This document shows positions 42,513 through 51,413 of a DNA stretch of 54,002 nucleotides, in pieces. Under the pieces are notes generated by a model that did not search any database, was not told where the DNA came from, and worked only from the letters and a program-made list of their open reading frames with translations. A program made the translations under genes and the position numbers. The first letter of the stretch is position 1; every line of letters starts with the position of its first letter. Origin of the DNA: a virus; the IMG/VR virus record IMGVR_UViG_3300012117_000002, positions 1 through 54,002 of that record; one strand, given 5' to 3'.

Positions 42513-42755
42513 TTACCAATCAAGTTTCTGCCCACAGTTCCAGCAATGTATAATTTCTTCATCGTTACCCACACCGCCCATCAAATCATAATCGCAGCTA
42601 GGGCAGTGTATTATCTCTCTGTTGCAAGTGTATACAGGCTTTTGGGGTATCTGTTTTTCCAGCGCCGCGATACCTTCATTGATCGCATCGGTAGTCTCTT
42701 TCACGTATCCCCAATTATGCAGTTCCAATCGTTCTATCGCTGTTTCTGGTTTCAT
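42513..42755 (-). CDS. zinc-ribbon protein
   Basis: CPSCDYD...CWNCGQ motifs and an AGGAGG RBS. Confidence 0.6.
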   Translation of the reverse strand: MKPETAIERLELHNWGYVKETTDAINEGIAALEKQIPQKPVYTCNREIIHCPSCDYDLMGGVGNDEEIIHCWNCGQKLDW

Positions 42756-42771
42756 CTGGTACCTCCTGTTA

Positions 42772-43146
42772 TTAATCGTTCTTATGGTTGCAAATCAATG
42801 TCGTGTACTTTACGTTGCCGATCGGCATCGTCATTATGGGCAAGCCGTCTTTGACGACAGTATAGATACACCTGTCTGTCATTCCAAAATCATCACAATC
42901 AACCGATATCATGCCGCCGTCGCCAGCGAAAAAGATTTTAACCGTGTATCGCCGCTTAGAACGTTTTTTGCCAGCAAGCCATGATTCATATTCTTCGTTT
43001 GCGTCTTCTAGCATTCCGCAAACAGTGCCGCCTTCTTCACTTGAATCGTCACAGCATGGACGACCATAATCTTCTAAGCACCTTCTGCATATCTCGTTGA
43101 GTTTGGTTTCTATAAATTTTGATGACATATTTATAACCCTGATCAT
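42772..43146 (-). CDS. hypothetical protein (124 aa)
   Basis: ORF with GGGAGGGAG upstream. Confidence 0.55.
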   Translation of the reverse strand: MIRVINMSSKFIETKLNEICRRCLEDYGRPCCDDSSEEGGTVCGMLEDANEEYESWLAGKKRSKRRYTVKIFFAGDGGMISVDCDDFGMTDRCIYTVVKDGLPIMTMPIGNVKYTTLICNHKND

Positions 43147-43151
43147 AATTT

Positions 43152-43316
43152 TTACTCCCTCCCGCTCTGGTATCCCTCTACAATCGCCACCAGCTCCTCG
43201 GCATCGTCTGCACTTATAAATATGCCGTCACTGCAATGCTCACATATTGGACATACATGGCAGTCGTTATCTCGGCATATCTCATTTGTTTTTTTGAAAA
43301 ACTCCCTTGCTTCCAT
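43152..43316 (-). CDS. possible 54-aa Cys-rich protein
   Basis: AGGAGGAG RBS. Motif CRDNDCHVCPICEHC. Confidence 0.45.
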   Translation of the reverse strand: MEAREFFKKTNEICRDNDCHVCPICEHCSDGIFISADDAEELVAIVEGYQSGRE

Positions 43317-43339
43317 TTGTTTCTCCTCCTGGCTTTGAT

Positions 43340-43525
43340 TTATTTAAATCCCATTCCCTCATATCGCAAAAACCTTTCTCTATTTTGTTTACCGCACTTA
43401 GTACACACCCTTATATCTGCCTCGCCAGAAATTATCCTAAATTGAGAATTTGAAGGCTTTTGGAACCATTGATAATCATGTTTGCAAAACAATTGTTGGA
43501 ACCAGTTTTTTCTTTTTATTTTCAT
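43340..43525 (-). CDS. small zinc-ribbon protein (61 aa)
   Basis: ATG 43525 follows AAAGGAG plus 5 nt. Cys motifs CKHD...CTKCG. Confidence 0.5.
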   Translation of the reverse strand: MKIKRKNWFQQLFCKHDYQWFQKPSNSQFRIISGEADIRVCTKCGKQNRERFLRYEGMGFK

Positions 43526-43551
43526 ATTGCTCCTTTCTGTAATAATGCACA

Positions 43552-44046
43552 TTAATTTTGTGCTACCGTATAACCCTCAGATAACGCCGTTTCATAAAGC
43601 TTGATCACATCATCTTTTTTGTCGGAATACCAAGGCCGCCCGAAAAGACTGTTTTCCGTGGAATCCGTCCCGAAAACCCTTTTGTACATTTCCGGGTAAT
43701 CGCTCGGCAGATTGTGGATGTTGGCAATTTCCAAATCACTGCCGAAATGCTGCCGCCTTTTACGAAAGCGTTCTAATTCCTCCGCTTCTTTTTCTGTTAG
43801 CAAAACCACCTTCTCTGCCTCTAATTTCAATTCGTCCCGCTGCTTCATAACCCAAGTTCTGTATGTATCAATGTCGCGCACAAGGGCGTTAAGCGCCGGC
43901 ATTATCTCTTCCAATATCCAGCAATCCCTCTTGCTGTACATCCTCCTGCGTACTTCACGCAACATTTCAACGTCCATTTCAATATCGTTTTCGTAATCAA
44001 GTGCATCGTCGTGCAATTTAGCTAAATCCATCTTTTCCACCTCCAT
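43552..44046 (-). CDS. hypothetical protein (164 aa; alternative start at Met6)
   Basis: ORF with RBS candidates for both Met1 and Met6. Confidence 0.55.
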   Translation of the reverse strand: MEVEKMDLAKLHDDALDYENDIEMDVEMLREVRRRMYSKRDCWILEEIMPALNALVRDIDTYRTWVMKQRDELKLEAEKVVLLTEKEAEELERFRKRRQHFGSDLEIANIHNLPSDYPEMYKRVFGTDSTENSLFGRPWYSDKKDDVIKLYETALSEGYTVAQN

Positions 44047-44049
44047 TAA

Positions 44050-44241
44050 TCATATCCTTTTCACAATGCCCGTTATCAGCTTAAGGGCTTCTACCTGCCG
44101 CGCCACCTCTTTCGGCTCCAGTCCGGTATCCTCGTAGGCCGCCAGCTTTTTCAAGCACGTTTTGTGGCCGATTATCTTTCCATTCACTCGCTCTTGGACA
44201 GGAATCCATTCTTCACCCGCCCATTCTGTTAATCTTTGCAC
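44050..44241 (-). CDS. hypothetical small protein
   Basis: GTG start after GGAGGTGA. Confidence 0.5.
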   Translation of the reverse strand: MQRLTEWAGEEWIPVQERVNGKIIGHKTCLKKLAAYEDTGLEPKEVARQVEALKLITGIVKRI

Positions 44242-44259
44242 ATTTCACCTCCGTTAAAA

Positions 44260-44433
44260 TTATTTTGCCACGGTAAGCCCGTCAGTCGCATAACACCCGC
44301 TGTAGCCCTCCAGCCAAACACATGCCGTGCCGCATACCATCTGCGGTCCTGCCGTAATAATAAACTCCCTTCCCTTGTTTTTCTCACTGACGTAATATTT
44401 GCCGTTCATGACAACTTTGTCTCCTGGTTTCAT
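44260..44433 (-). CDS. possible 57-aa protein
   Basis: ATG 44433. Translation is MKPGDKVVMNGKYYVSEKNKGREFIITAGPQMVCGTACVWLEGYSGCYATDGLTVAK. It fills the gap. Confidence 0.4.
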   Translation of the reverse strand: MKPGDKVVMNGKYYVSEKNKGREFIITAGPQMVCGTACVWLEGYSGCYATDGLTVAK

Positions 44434-44474
44434 GATTGTGCTCCTTTACATAATTCTTATTTTTATTTCGTATA

Positions 44475-45326
44475 CTATGGGGACGGGAAGTCAGTTATAT
44501 TCATCTGCAAATCAGAGATATGCAGCATTTCTTCCTTTGCCTTTTTATAAAAATCTTTCGATACTTCAAATCCGTAGCTGCTTCGGCCCAATTCCATACA
44601 GGCCCTTAACGTTGTACCGCTGCCCGCACAAGGGTCTATTACCACATCCCCCGGATCAGTAAATATCTCCACCAACCGTTTTAACAGATTCACCGGCTTT
44701 TGCGCTGGGTGTATTTTGGGATATTCCTTTGCGCCATCCCTGCGCCACATCATGTATGTACCGTTACTGTAATAGCTTCTTCCCCATTCTTCTTCATTCC
44801 CGCCATCGAACCAGTTAAAGATCATGTGTCCGTCATTCCGGAATTTTGGAAGTTTTTCCCGATATAGCAGTAGTGCATACTCTGTCGCCCCGCATACTCT
44901 CATATTCGCCTTTAATACTTGCGGACTATAATTCTTGCAAAATATCAAAGGAATATTGTGTTTAAATCCATGTTTCTCGGCATATTTTATAACTGTTTGC
45001 ATCTGCTCAAATGAGCAAAACACGATCATGCACGGCGCATCTGATGATTTTCCCCTGCCGTTACTCTTTGCAGGTTCTTTTTTTAAAAGCCTATTGCAGA
45101 AGTGGAAGTATTCTGCAATATTAAAGTTAAAATCTGTGTTAAATGCAGCTTTCCCGGCAAGCTTACTTTCTCCGTTTTTATTGTCCCCACCTTTGTACCA
45201 CATGGGATTGCTACCATAAAAGCTATTTCCAATATTGTAAGGGATATCGGCTATAACAAGCTGTGCTTTTGGTATGTTGTATCGTTTAAAGTTTTGAAAA
45301 TTATCATTGTATAATTCTGTTTTCAT
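44475..45326 (-). CDS. beta-class N4/N6 DNA methyltransferase
   Basis: N-terminal motif IV-like VIADIPYNIG and C-terminal motif I VIDPCAGSGTT. Confidence 0.8.
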   Translation of the reverse strand: MKTELYNDNFQNFKRYNIPKAQLVIADIPYNIGNSFYGSNPMWYKGGDNKNGESKLAGKAAFNTDFNFNIAEYFHFCNRLLKKEPAKSNGRGKSSDAPCMIVFCSFEQMQTVIKYAEKHGFKHNIPLIFCKNYSPQVLKANMRVCGATEYALLLYREKLPKFRNDGHMIFNWFDGGNEEEWGRSYYSNGTYMMWRRDGAKEYPKIHPAQKPVNLLKRLVEIFTDPGDVVIDPCAGSGTTLRACMELGRSSYGFEVSKDFYKKAKEEMLHISDLQMNITDFPSP

Positions 45327-45377
45327 TTTTTCTTTTTCCCTTCTTTCTCAAGGTTTTAATTTATCGCCGGCACCACC

Positions 45378-45548
45378 CTAAACTTCCAGTAATGCCCGTC
45401 GCTGGTCCACACCTGAAAAATACTCCCCGTAGGGATCATACTTCACGTGGTCGATCTGGCTGGAACTGATCACGATGTCGCGGTACACATCAGAGCTGAT
45501 GGTGTGGTTGTTGCGGTCAAGCAACGCTTGTATTTCGTGTGAGTACAT
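45378..45548 (-). CDS. possible 56-aa protein
   Basis: ATG 45548 follows AGGGGTGA. It is below the track cutoff. Confidence 0.4.
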   Translation of the reverse strand: MYSHEIQALLDRNNHTISSDVYRDIVISSSQIDHVKYDPYGEYFSGVDQRRALLEV

Positions 45549-45635
45549 TTGATCACCCCTGCCTCATTTGTGTTAATTATCCGGGCCGCTGGCCAGCAAA
45601 CCTCTTTTCCCCTTTTCTTTATTTGTCCATCCTAA

Positions 45636-46535
45636 TTACCATTCTGATTCTTCTGCAAAGTCGGCAATGCTCATTTGGCCCTCCACGTTTTTATCCTGCA
45701 TCCACCACAGAAATACTTCATGACCATTTTTCCATCTGGGGGGCCGCTCTTTCCGTCGCTCATTCAATCGTTTTAACATTTCGTCAAATGCTCTGATATA
45801 TGCTCTTTGGTAAGTTGGAAAATCTGCGAACTGTTTCCATCGCCCCGTATCGGCCATGGGGCAACCGACACACCCAACTCGCCGATACCCACAATCATAT
45901 AAGCTGTTATATTCCACCCGTTCTGACCTGATGAAATCCCATATATCGCGGTGTGTCCAGTCGATTATTGGGTTGACAACCATCTTGTTTTTTTTCATGC
46001 AGTGTTCTGTTAATTTCCGTTTGTTTGAATTATCGTTCATCAACATAACTTCATCAGAAATTGTTGTCTTGTTTTTTTTGGATGAAGTGATGGTTTCATA
46101 GGCCGCTCTATCTGCTCTTGCGTTACTTTCGTCCCACCGGACACCCGTGGCAATGAAACGGTTTGCACACCCAGTTTCTTTCAAAACCGAACAACAATAT
46201 CTCATTGTCCTTGACGGCGGTATTGCTTTGTCTGGAATTAATGACCACATAGTCACCCGCTTACCTTGAAATGTAGGCATTTCTATATTCGCCGGAATTC
46301 CTTGTAATTCCAGTTCTCTAAACTTTTTTCGAATATGATATACTGTCGGTGGTGCGTCAACTGTCGTGTGGCTATTGTGAACCTCGAACGGCACGCCCGA
46401 ACGCTTGAACAACTCCAGCATCACATCACTGTCTTTCCCGCCTGAATATGTACACACCAGCGGCTGCCCGTAATGATGCAAGCTCATGTCACTGGCTATC
46501 TGTATTCTTTCAATTGCTTTCTTCTCCAAGTCCAT
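45636..46535 (-). CDS. PAPS-reductase-family PP-loop ATP pyrophosphatase (DndC/IbrA-like)
   Basis: PP-loop motif YSGGKDSDV and Cys cluster RRVGCVGCPMA. 299 aa. Confidence 0.8.
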   Translation of the reverse strand: MDLEKKAIERIQIASDMSLHHYGQPLVCTYSGGKDSDVMLELFKRSGVPFEVHNSHTTVDAPPTVYHIRKKFRELELQGIPANIEMPTFQGKRVTMWSLIPDKAIPPSRTMRYCCSVLKETGCANRFIATGVRWDESNARADRAAYETITSSKKNKTTISDEVMLMNDNSNKRKLTEHCMKKNKMVVNPIIDWTHRDIWDFIRSERVEYNSLYDCGYRRVGCVGCPMADTGRWKQFADFPTYQRAYIRAFDEMLKRLNERRKERPPRWKNGHEVFLWWMQDKNVEGQMSIADFAEESEW

Positions 46536-46743
46536 GCTTGATTCTCACCGCCTTTCTGATCAATCTAATTCTAATCTTAACGGCTTATAAAATATATCCG
46601 TCTGCTTTTGTTGCACTTGTCACAGGAAAATTCATATACGGCTACCGCAATTCTGAATCTGGTGTCATGAAACAATACGAATCTTTCAGCGGCGCATATT
46701 CCGTGTATGCTACTAAAATGCTTTTCAAAACACTTTCTACCTG

Positions 46744-47010
46744 TCATCTTTCACCGTCCGCAAGTTCATCATCAAGCCACCGGCCACAGTTTGAGCAACA
46801 CTTCCAGTCAGCGCATAACTCCGCACCGCAATTGCTACAATTCCCATCTGTGCCATGATCCAGTTTTCGAAGCTCCCGCGCAAAGTCCTCACAGGCTGCC
46901 TCATAGGCTTTATACGCTGCTTCGATCACGGCGATCTCTTTGATGTACAGTTCTGTTCGTTTGTGCTGTAATTCATCTGCTATCCGGTGCGATTCATCTG
47001 TTATTTTCAT
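46744..47010 (-). CDS. coiled-coil plus zinc-ribbon protein
   Basis: Motif CSNCGAELCADWKCCSNCG. Confidence 0.55.
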   Translation of the reverse strand: MKITDESHRIADELQHKRTELYIKEIAVIEAAYKAYEAACEDFARELRKLDHGTDGNCSNCGAELCADWKCCSNCGRWLDDELADGER

Positions 47011-47027
47011 TTCTCTGCCTCTCTTTC

Positions 47028-47693
47028 TTAATAATCAAATATATTCATCTGATCTTTGGCGGCGTTCAATCTTTCGCTGGCCGCCTTGTAATAATCCGGA
47101 TCAAGCTCAAATCCGATGTAATCAAATCCCAGTTCCCTACAGGCCACTAAGCTGCTTGCGCTACCGACATGCGTATCGAGAATCTTGTCACCCTTCTTGG
47201 CGTAGTTGTTTAAAATCCATTTATATAGTGCCACCGGCTTTTGCGTTGGGTGAATACGAACTTCTTTGTTGCTCATGTTTTCCTGCAGCATTCCACTCCA
47301 CCTATATCGAAATTTCCTAACAGCTGTTGGAAAACTGGTCCACGCAAGTTCGCAATCAGCAAAGTCCGTGTTGCCATTGTCTTTATCCCACACGAGCCAG
47401 CAATGGCTATCTAACGGGATGCGGCTAATATAATGATTGGCCCCGAATATGATTTGATTTTTTGATACTCGTAATAATTCCTTGAAATATTCTTCGCCTG
47501 GCGGTTTGGTATCTTTACCAGCAAACGGTTTGTAGTCCTTAGCTTTTGCTAATTTACCGCGGGACTTGTTTTTTTCTCCGCTTTCACCAATGCCATACGG
47601 CGGGTCGGTTATGGCGAGTTCGAAATACTTGTCGGGATATTGTTTCATTCCCTCCACACAATCCATGTTCAGAAAACTGTTTAATTCAAACAT
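47028..47693 (-). CDS. beta-class N4/N6 DNA methyltransferase
   Basis: Motif IV ITDPPYGIG near the N-terminus and motif I-like ILDTHVGSASS near the C-terminus. Confidence 0.85.
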   Translation of the reverse strand: MFELNSFLNMDCVEGMKQYPDKYFELAITDPPYGIGESGEKNKSRGKLAKAKDYKPFAGKDTKPPGEEYFKELLRVSKNQIIFGANHYISRIPLDSHCWLVWDKDNGNTDFADCELAWTSFPTAVRKFRYRWSGMLQENMSNKEVRIHPTQKPVALYKWILNNYAKKGDKILDTHVGSASSLVACRELGFDYIGFELDPDYYKAASERLNAAKDQMNIFDY

Positions 47694-47737
47694 TTATTTT
47701 ACTCCTATCAGCAATCATGGGGATTTTCATCTATGTT

Positions 47738-48250
47738 TTACGTCTTTTCGCCCGGTGGTTGGTACGGTTCCGGCAGCGGCCGCCACGCTATGACAAAATC
47801 ATCTATAACCGCAAATTCCTCCACATAAGTAGCGGCCTCAAACCATCCTTGCGGTACCTTCCAATCGTCAAGTTCCTTGCTGTATTCAAGATCGCTGTCA
47901 AGGCCGTCAAAATCGTTCCAGCCGAAACGGCTGTTTTCCGACCAAATACTCCCATCTTCGTAGATTGCTCTACACGTAAGTCTCCGCGTGCCGTTTTCCA
48001 AGCGGCGTTCAACGCTAACTTCAACCTCTTTTTCATTTTCCGGCAGCCGCTCCCCAACTGGTATCCATCCCCTATCACGTGATTCGTTGAAATGGCGTAT
48101 AGTTTCCGGTTCCACCTCAAACCCATACAGGGCAGACGCGTATGAAGGAACAATATAGTATTTCCCTTCGTCCGGCCCGTACTTAACCACGGAACCCTGC
48201 ACCATCTCGCCCGTATCTTTGCGCCTGGCATTAAATAATATGTTTTTCAT
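47738..48250 (-). CDS. YopX-like N-terminal plus DUF551-like C-terminal protein
   Basis: FNARRKDTGEMVQG, GWIPVGERLPENE and IAWRPLPEPY. Confidence 0.55.
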   Translation of the reverse strand: MKNILFNARRKDTGEMVQGSVVKYGPDEGKYYIVPSYASALYGFEVEPETIRHFNESRDRGWIPVGERLPENEKEVEVSVERRLENGTRRLTCRAIYEDGSIWSENSRFGWNDFDGLDSDLEYSKELDDWKVPQGWFEAATYVEEFAVIDDFVIAWRPLPEPYQPPGEKT

Positions 48251-48698
48251 GCCTTACTCCCTCCAATTCTTGTAAAATATCCACATACGTTACCATCCTT
48301 ACAGACCGTTCGCCCATGGCCTCGCTAACTAGAACGCCCCTGCCGCTGTCTAAAATCTTCGTGACATACATTTCCCTGCAAACCTCAATCGGTGCAAGGT
48401 TGGCGCTCTCACGGTCTGCCACTTCCATCACCACCGGAACCGTGTCGCCTACGCGGATACAGGACCGCAACCTCGCTATGTCAGCTTTGGTTATGGCTTC
48501 GTTCTCCATCCGCTCTTCCCGTTGTCTTCGACTGTTCATGTGCTGTTTTGCGATTAATCCGCATCTCTCCAGATATCGGGCTACGGTCTCGTACCTTACG
48601 CCCAGATGACGGGCTATGGTATATATATCCTCACCTTGTTTGAAAAGCTCTGTCATCTGCGGCACAAGGTCTAGTACTCTTTGCTCCGGATGTCCCAT
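48231..48698 (-). CDS. HTH-containing protein (155 aa)
   Basis: ATG 48698 sits in a TAATG overlap. The HTH is IYTIARHLGVRYETVARYLERCG. Confidence 0.55.
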   Translation of the reverse strand: MGHPEQRVLDLVPQMTELFKQGEDIYTIARHLGVRYETVARYLERCGLIAKQHMNSRRQREERMENEAITKADIARLRSCIRVGDTVPVVMEVADRESANLAPIEVCREMYVTKILDSGRGVLVSEAMGERSVRMVTYVDILQELEGVRHEKHII

Positions 48699-49249
48699 TA
48701 TTTTTCCTCCTGTAACTTCGTACTTTCCGCACCTATGGACAAGCGTTCGGCGCATTGCCTTATTAACTCTGCCTGTTCGCTTCGCACTGCCCCGGGGAGC
48801 ACGTTCTGTTGTTTTATTAAATTGGCCTGTCCCTTGTAGGCCTCTCTAAAATTAGCACGCTCGACGCTGATGTTTTCGCTCTGGCAAATATTCTGATAGC
48901 CCATTCTTCGCACAATCCCCCTGACGGCATCTGGTAGGCTCTCAAGGGCTTCCAGTTCACGCATATAGCCATAGCTTCTTATCGCCATTAGTACCATACC
49001 CCAGGCTTCATCCCATTCCGGCAACCGTTCCGCGGTGATTGCTGTACTCTTTTCCCTGATCTCCGCAATCGTCGGAACAAACTTGTTTTGGCTGATCAAC
49101 TGCGTTACTGCGTTTCTGCAAACTGCATAGTCAATGTCTTTCAACATGCCGTACCACAGATTCAGCGCGGATTCGTCCGGCATGATGTTGCTTTTTCCGT
49201 AGGCGCTATGTAACGCGGATGCCACGGTTGCAAACTCCTCTCTATTCAC
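48698..49249 (-). CDS. G39P-like helicase loader
   Basis: The pattern ALNLWYGMLKDIDYAVCRNAVTQLISQNKFVPTIAEI resembles the SPP1 G39P family. It lies downstream of the replisome organiser. Confidence 0.55.
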   Translation of the reverse strand: MNREEFATVASALHSAYGKSNIMPDESALNLWYGMLKDIDYAVCRNAVTQLISQNKFVPTIAEIREKSTAITAERLPEWDEAWGMVLMAIRSYGYMRELEALESLPDAVRGIVRRMGYQNICQSENISVERANFREAYKGQANLIKQQNVLPGAVRSEQAELIRQCAERLSIGAESTKLQEEK

Positions 49250-49994
49250 TTTCTGCCCACCCTTTCAGCATTTGATTATAGCCACTGTCGGCTTTCCCTT
49301 GATTACGAGCCAGATAATAACCCTCTGACACCTTGGGGAAATTATTAGGTTTCACAAACCAGTCAAAGCTTATTGTCCAACCATTTTTGTTTTGACCCAG
49401 CAGAAACGGACTGCCTTTGATCATTTCAACAGCTTCTAACACTTGATCAACTCCGTACTCCTTAATTCTGGCTTTCAGCATTTGATAACGCTTACTGGTG
49501 GTGGATAGCGTTTTTACTTCCACGGTTCCGCACTGGTTCCAAGCGTCAACAATTCGTCGGACATCAGTCTGACAAGTGGCATCTATGACACTATAGTCTT
49601 TTTCTTCCCTTCTTTCTTTCTTTCCTTCTTCTACTTCTTTCTCTTCTTCTACTTCTTCTATTGTTGTTAACAGAATGTCAACAGAATGTGAAGTGAATGT
49701 GGTCTGCCTGTGGTCTGCCTGTGAAGTGTCTGTGGTCTGACTGTAGTTCTGTACGTTAACGTCTTGATAGAAATCATAGTTTTTTATTGTAAATACGCTG
49801 TATTTTGAATGTGATATGACTGTGATTTCGCCCGTTAATTTTAAGTTTTTTATGGTTCCTCTAGCCTCATTAATTGTTAGCCCTGTTTCTTCGGCAATTT
49901 TGGGAAGGGATGATACAAAAGAACCTCTTTCGATCAAATGGCCTTGAAATCTTCCCTCTTTCCAGTTAGCCTTTAGCAACATGTGAAAAAACAC
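49242..49994 (-). CDS. replication initiator/replisome organiser (N-terminal wHTH plus phage conserved C-terminus); the N-terminus probably extends to ~50066
   Basis: LLKANWKEG...IERGSFVSSLPKIAEETGLTINEARGTIKNL, then the linker containing iterons, then C-terminal FLLGQNKNGWTISFDWFVKPNNF. In-frame HIKIHRKILEWEWY lies upstream of GTG 49994. Confidence 0.75.
   Translation of the reverse strand: MFFHMLLKANWKEGRFQGHLIERGSFVSSLPKIAEETGLTINEARGTIKNLKLTGEITVISHSKYSVFTIKNYDFYQDVNVQNYSQTTDTSQADHRQTTFTSHSVDILLTTIEEVEEEKEVEEGKKERREEKDYSVIDATCQTDVRRIVDAWNQCGTVEVKTLSTTSKRYQMLKARIKEYGVDQVLEAVEMIKGSPFLLGQNKNGWTISFDWFVKPNNFPKVSEGYYLARNQGKADSGYNQMLKGWAESE
49669..49745. repeat. seven tandem 11-bp iteron-like units (candidate origin of replication) inside the organiser gene
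   Basis: aacagaatgtc aacagaatgtg aagtgaatgtg gtctgcctgtg gtctgcctgtg aagtgtctgtg gtctgactgta. A polypyrimidine tract at 49621-49660 precedes them. Confidence 0.65.
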
Positions 49995-50084
49995 TCGGCA
50001 GGTATTCAGATTAGAGTACCATTCCCATTCAAGGATTTTCCTGTGTATCTTGATATGCCCCTCTATCTCGGCCGCCTCCCCTCA

Positions 50085-50561
50085 TTAACTTTCTTCCGGT
50101 TCCCTGCCCGCCTCGCATTCCTTGTATATTTTAATCCAATCCTCCAGCCGCATCGTCACCAACCAACTATGGTTATTTTTCCGATGAAATACCGCCGGAA
50201 GTCTGTCCCCTTCAAAGGGTAGTGGTTTCGTACCGCCCTCAATCGCCTGAGCCATCGCATCGTACAGATTCAGCTTTTCTACCCGCTTACACTCAATATG
50301 TATCCCCGTCAGCCCTACCACGTCCGCTGATCCGTCAGCCCCATTGAATTGCTGTCCCCGGCGGCTGTCACCGTATCCGTGCTGTCTCAATATGCCAGCA
50401 AGTTCCCTTTCTCCCCTGCGTCCCTTATCCTTAGAAAATTTTCCCAATGTGTTCTCCTTTCCCCGCCTCCGGCATTCGGCCAGAGGCGGCAGTACCAACG
50501 GCATGTAGTTTGTGACACAACAGCCGAACAAATATCTATGTAAACCTACCCGTGACGACAT
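50085..50561 (-). CDS. PD-(D/E)xK nuclease, Holliday-junction-resolvase-like
   Basis: KGRRGERELAGILRQHGY...ADVVGLTGIHIECKRVEKLNLYDA. TAATG coupling. Confidence 0.55.
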   Translation of the reverse strand: MSSRVGLHRYLFGCCVTNYMPLVLPPLAECRRRGKENTLGKFSKDKGRRGERELAGILRQHGYGDSRRGQQFNGADGSADVVGLTGIHIECKRVEKLNLYDAMAQAIEGGTKPLPFEGDRLPAVFHRKNNHSWLVTMRLEDWIKIYKECEAGREPEES

Positions 50562-50845
50562 TACAGATAAGATTTACCAAACTCTTTCCGGAAGTCGTCC
50601 CGGCTGCCATAATGCGCTTCGTAATAGGCTTGCGCTTGCCGTTTAAACCTCTCGTCCAACTCTTGATCCATGTGGACACTGTAAGGCGTCATATTGTGCC
50701 AATCCGGCCTCAATGGTACGATGAATCCGTACCGCGTCGAAAACCTCCTATTGGAGCCGTTGAATACGTGGTGCAATTCAACGTGGCAACTGCCAGTTAC
50801 CATACAATGTTCCAGGTCGTCCGTCAGGACACTAAATAGTTTCAT
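50561..50845 (-). CDS. HNH-like Cys/His-motif protein
   Basis: ATG 50845 follows GGAGGA. Motif CMVTGSCHVELHHVFNGSNRR...PLRPDWHN. Confidence 0.45.
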   Translation of the reverse strand: MKLFSVLTDDLEHCMVTGSCHVELHHVFNGSNRRFSTRYGFIVPLRPDWHNMTPYSVHMDQELDERFKRQAQAYYEAHYGSRDDFRKEFGKSYL

Positions 50846-51413
50846 GTTTCTTCCTCCAACTCTGATCATACATATCCATCATGCGTCTATATTCGTCCGG
50901 CGGCAGCGTGTCAATTCCCTGTTCTCTACAATCAGCAACCAGCCCTTCAATCAAGCGGCTCATTTCCTTAGTATCATAGGTGCTGGAACCACGTAGCATC
51001 TTGTAGGTCCGGTATGTCATTCCATCCACTCCGGTATTAACTTCCGTGGTGGGTTTGATGTGATAGGTTTCTGCCTCTAACGCTCTATTTTCGCCGTCAT
51101 CGGTGTCTGGCAGTATGAGGTAGACAAGTTTGCCGCCTATCTCTTCTAATTGCCCGTAGCGCCGTAATAGGATGTTGTGCATGCATGGGTTGGATATCTT
51201 TAGTTTGTCTGCCAGCTTGGTAAGTAGTTGCCAATAATATGAATTAGCGTTTAAGCTTCTCTTTCCTCTTGATTTCTTAGCAACAATTGTGAGCATGCAA
51301 TCCCTAATTTCATCAATAGAACCAGATACATCGTTATCAAATTCGAATGTTATTTGCATTTTCCCGCTATCCCAATTACGCGCTACTCCCTTTAAAACCC
51401 CATTACCCTCCAT
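50832..51413 (-). CDS. NinB/Orf-like recombination-associated protein ('putative HNHc nuclease' N-terminal type)
   Basis: KRSLNANSYYWQLLTKLADKL resembles the RS.DQN..LW motif of NinB-like proteins. Confidence 0.45.
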   Translation of the reverse strand: MEGNGVLKGVARNWDSGKMQITFEFDNDVSGSIDEIRDCMLTIVAKKSRGKRSLNANSYYWQLLTKLADKLKISNPCMHNILLRRYGQLEEIGGKLVYLILPDTDDGENRALEAETYHIKPTTEVNTGVDGMTYRTYKMLRGSSTYDTKEMSRLIEGLVADCREQGIDTLPPDEYRRMMDMYDQSWRKKHETI

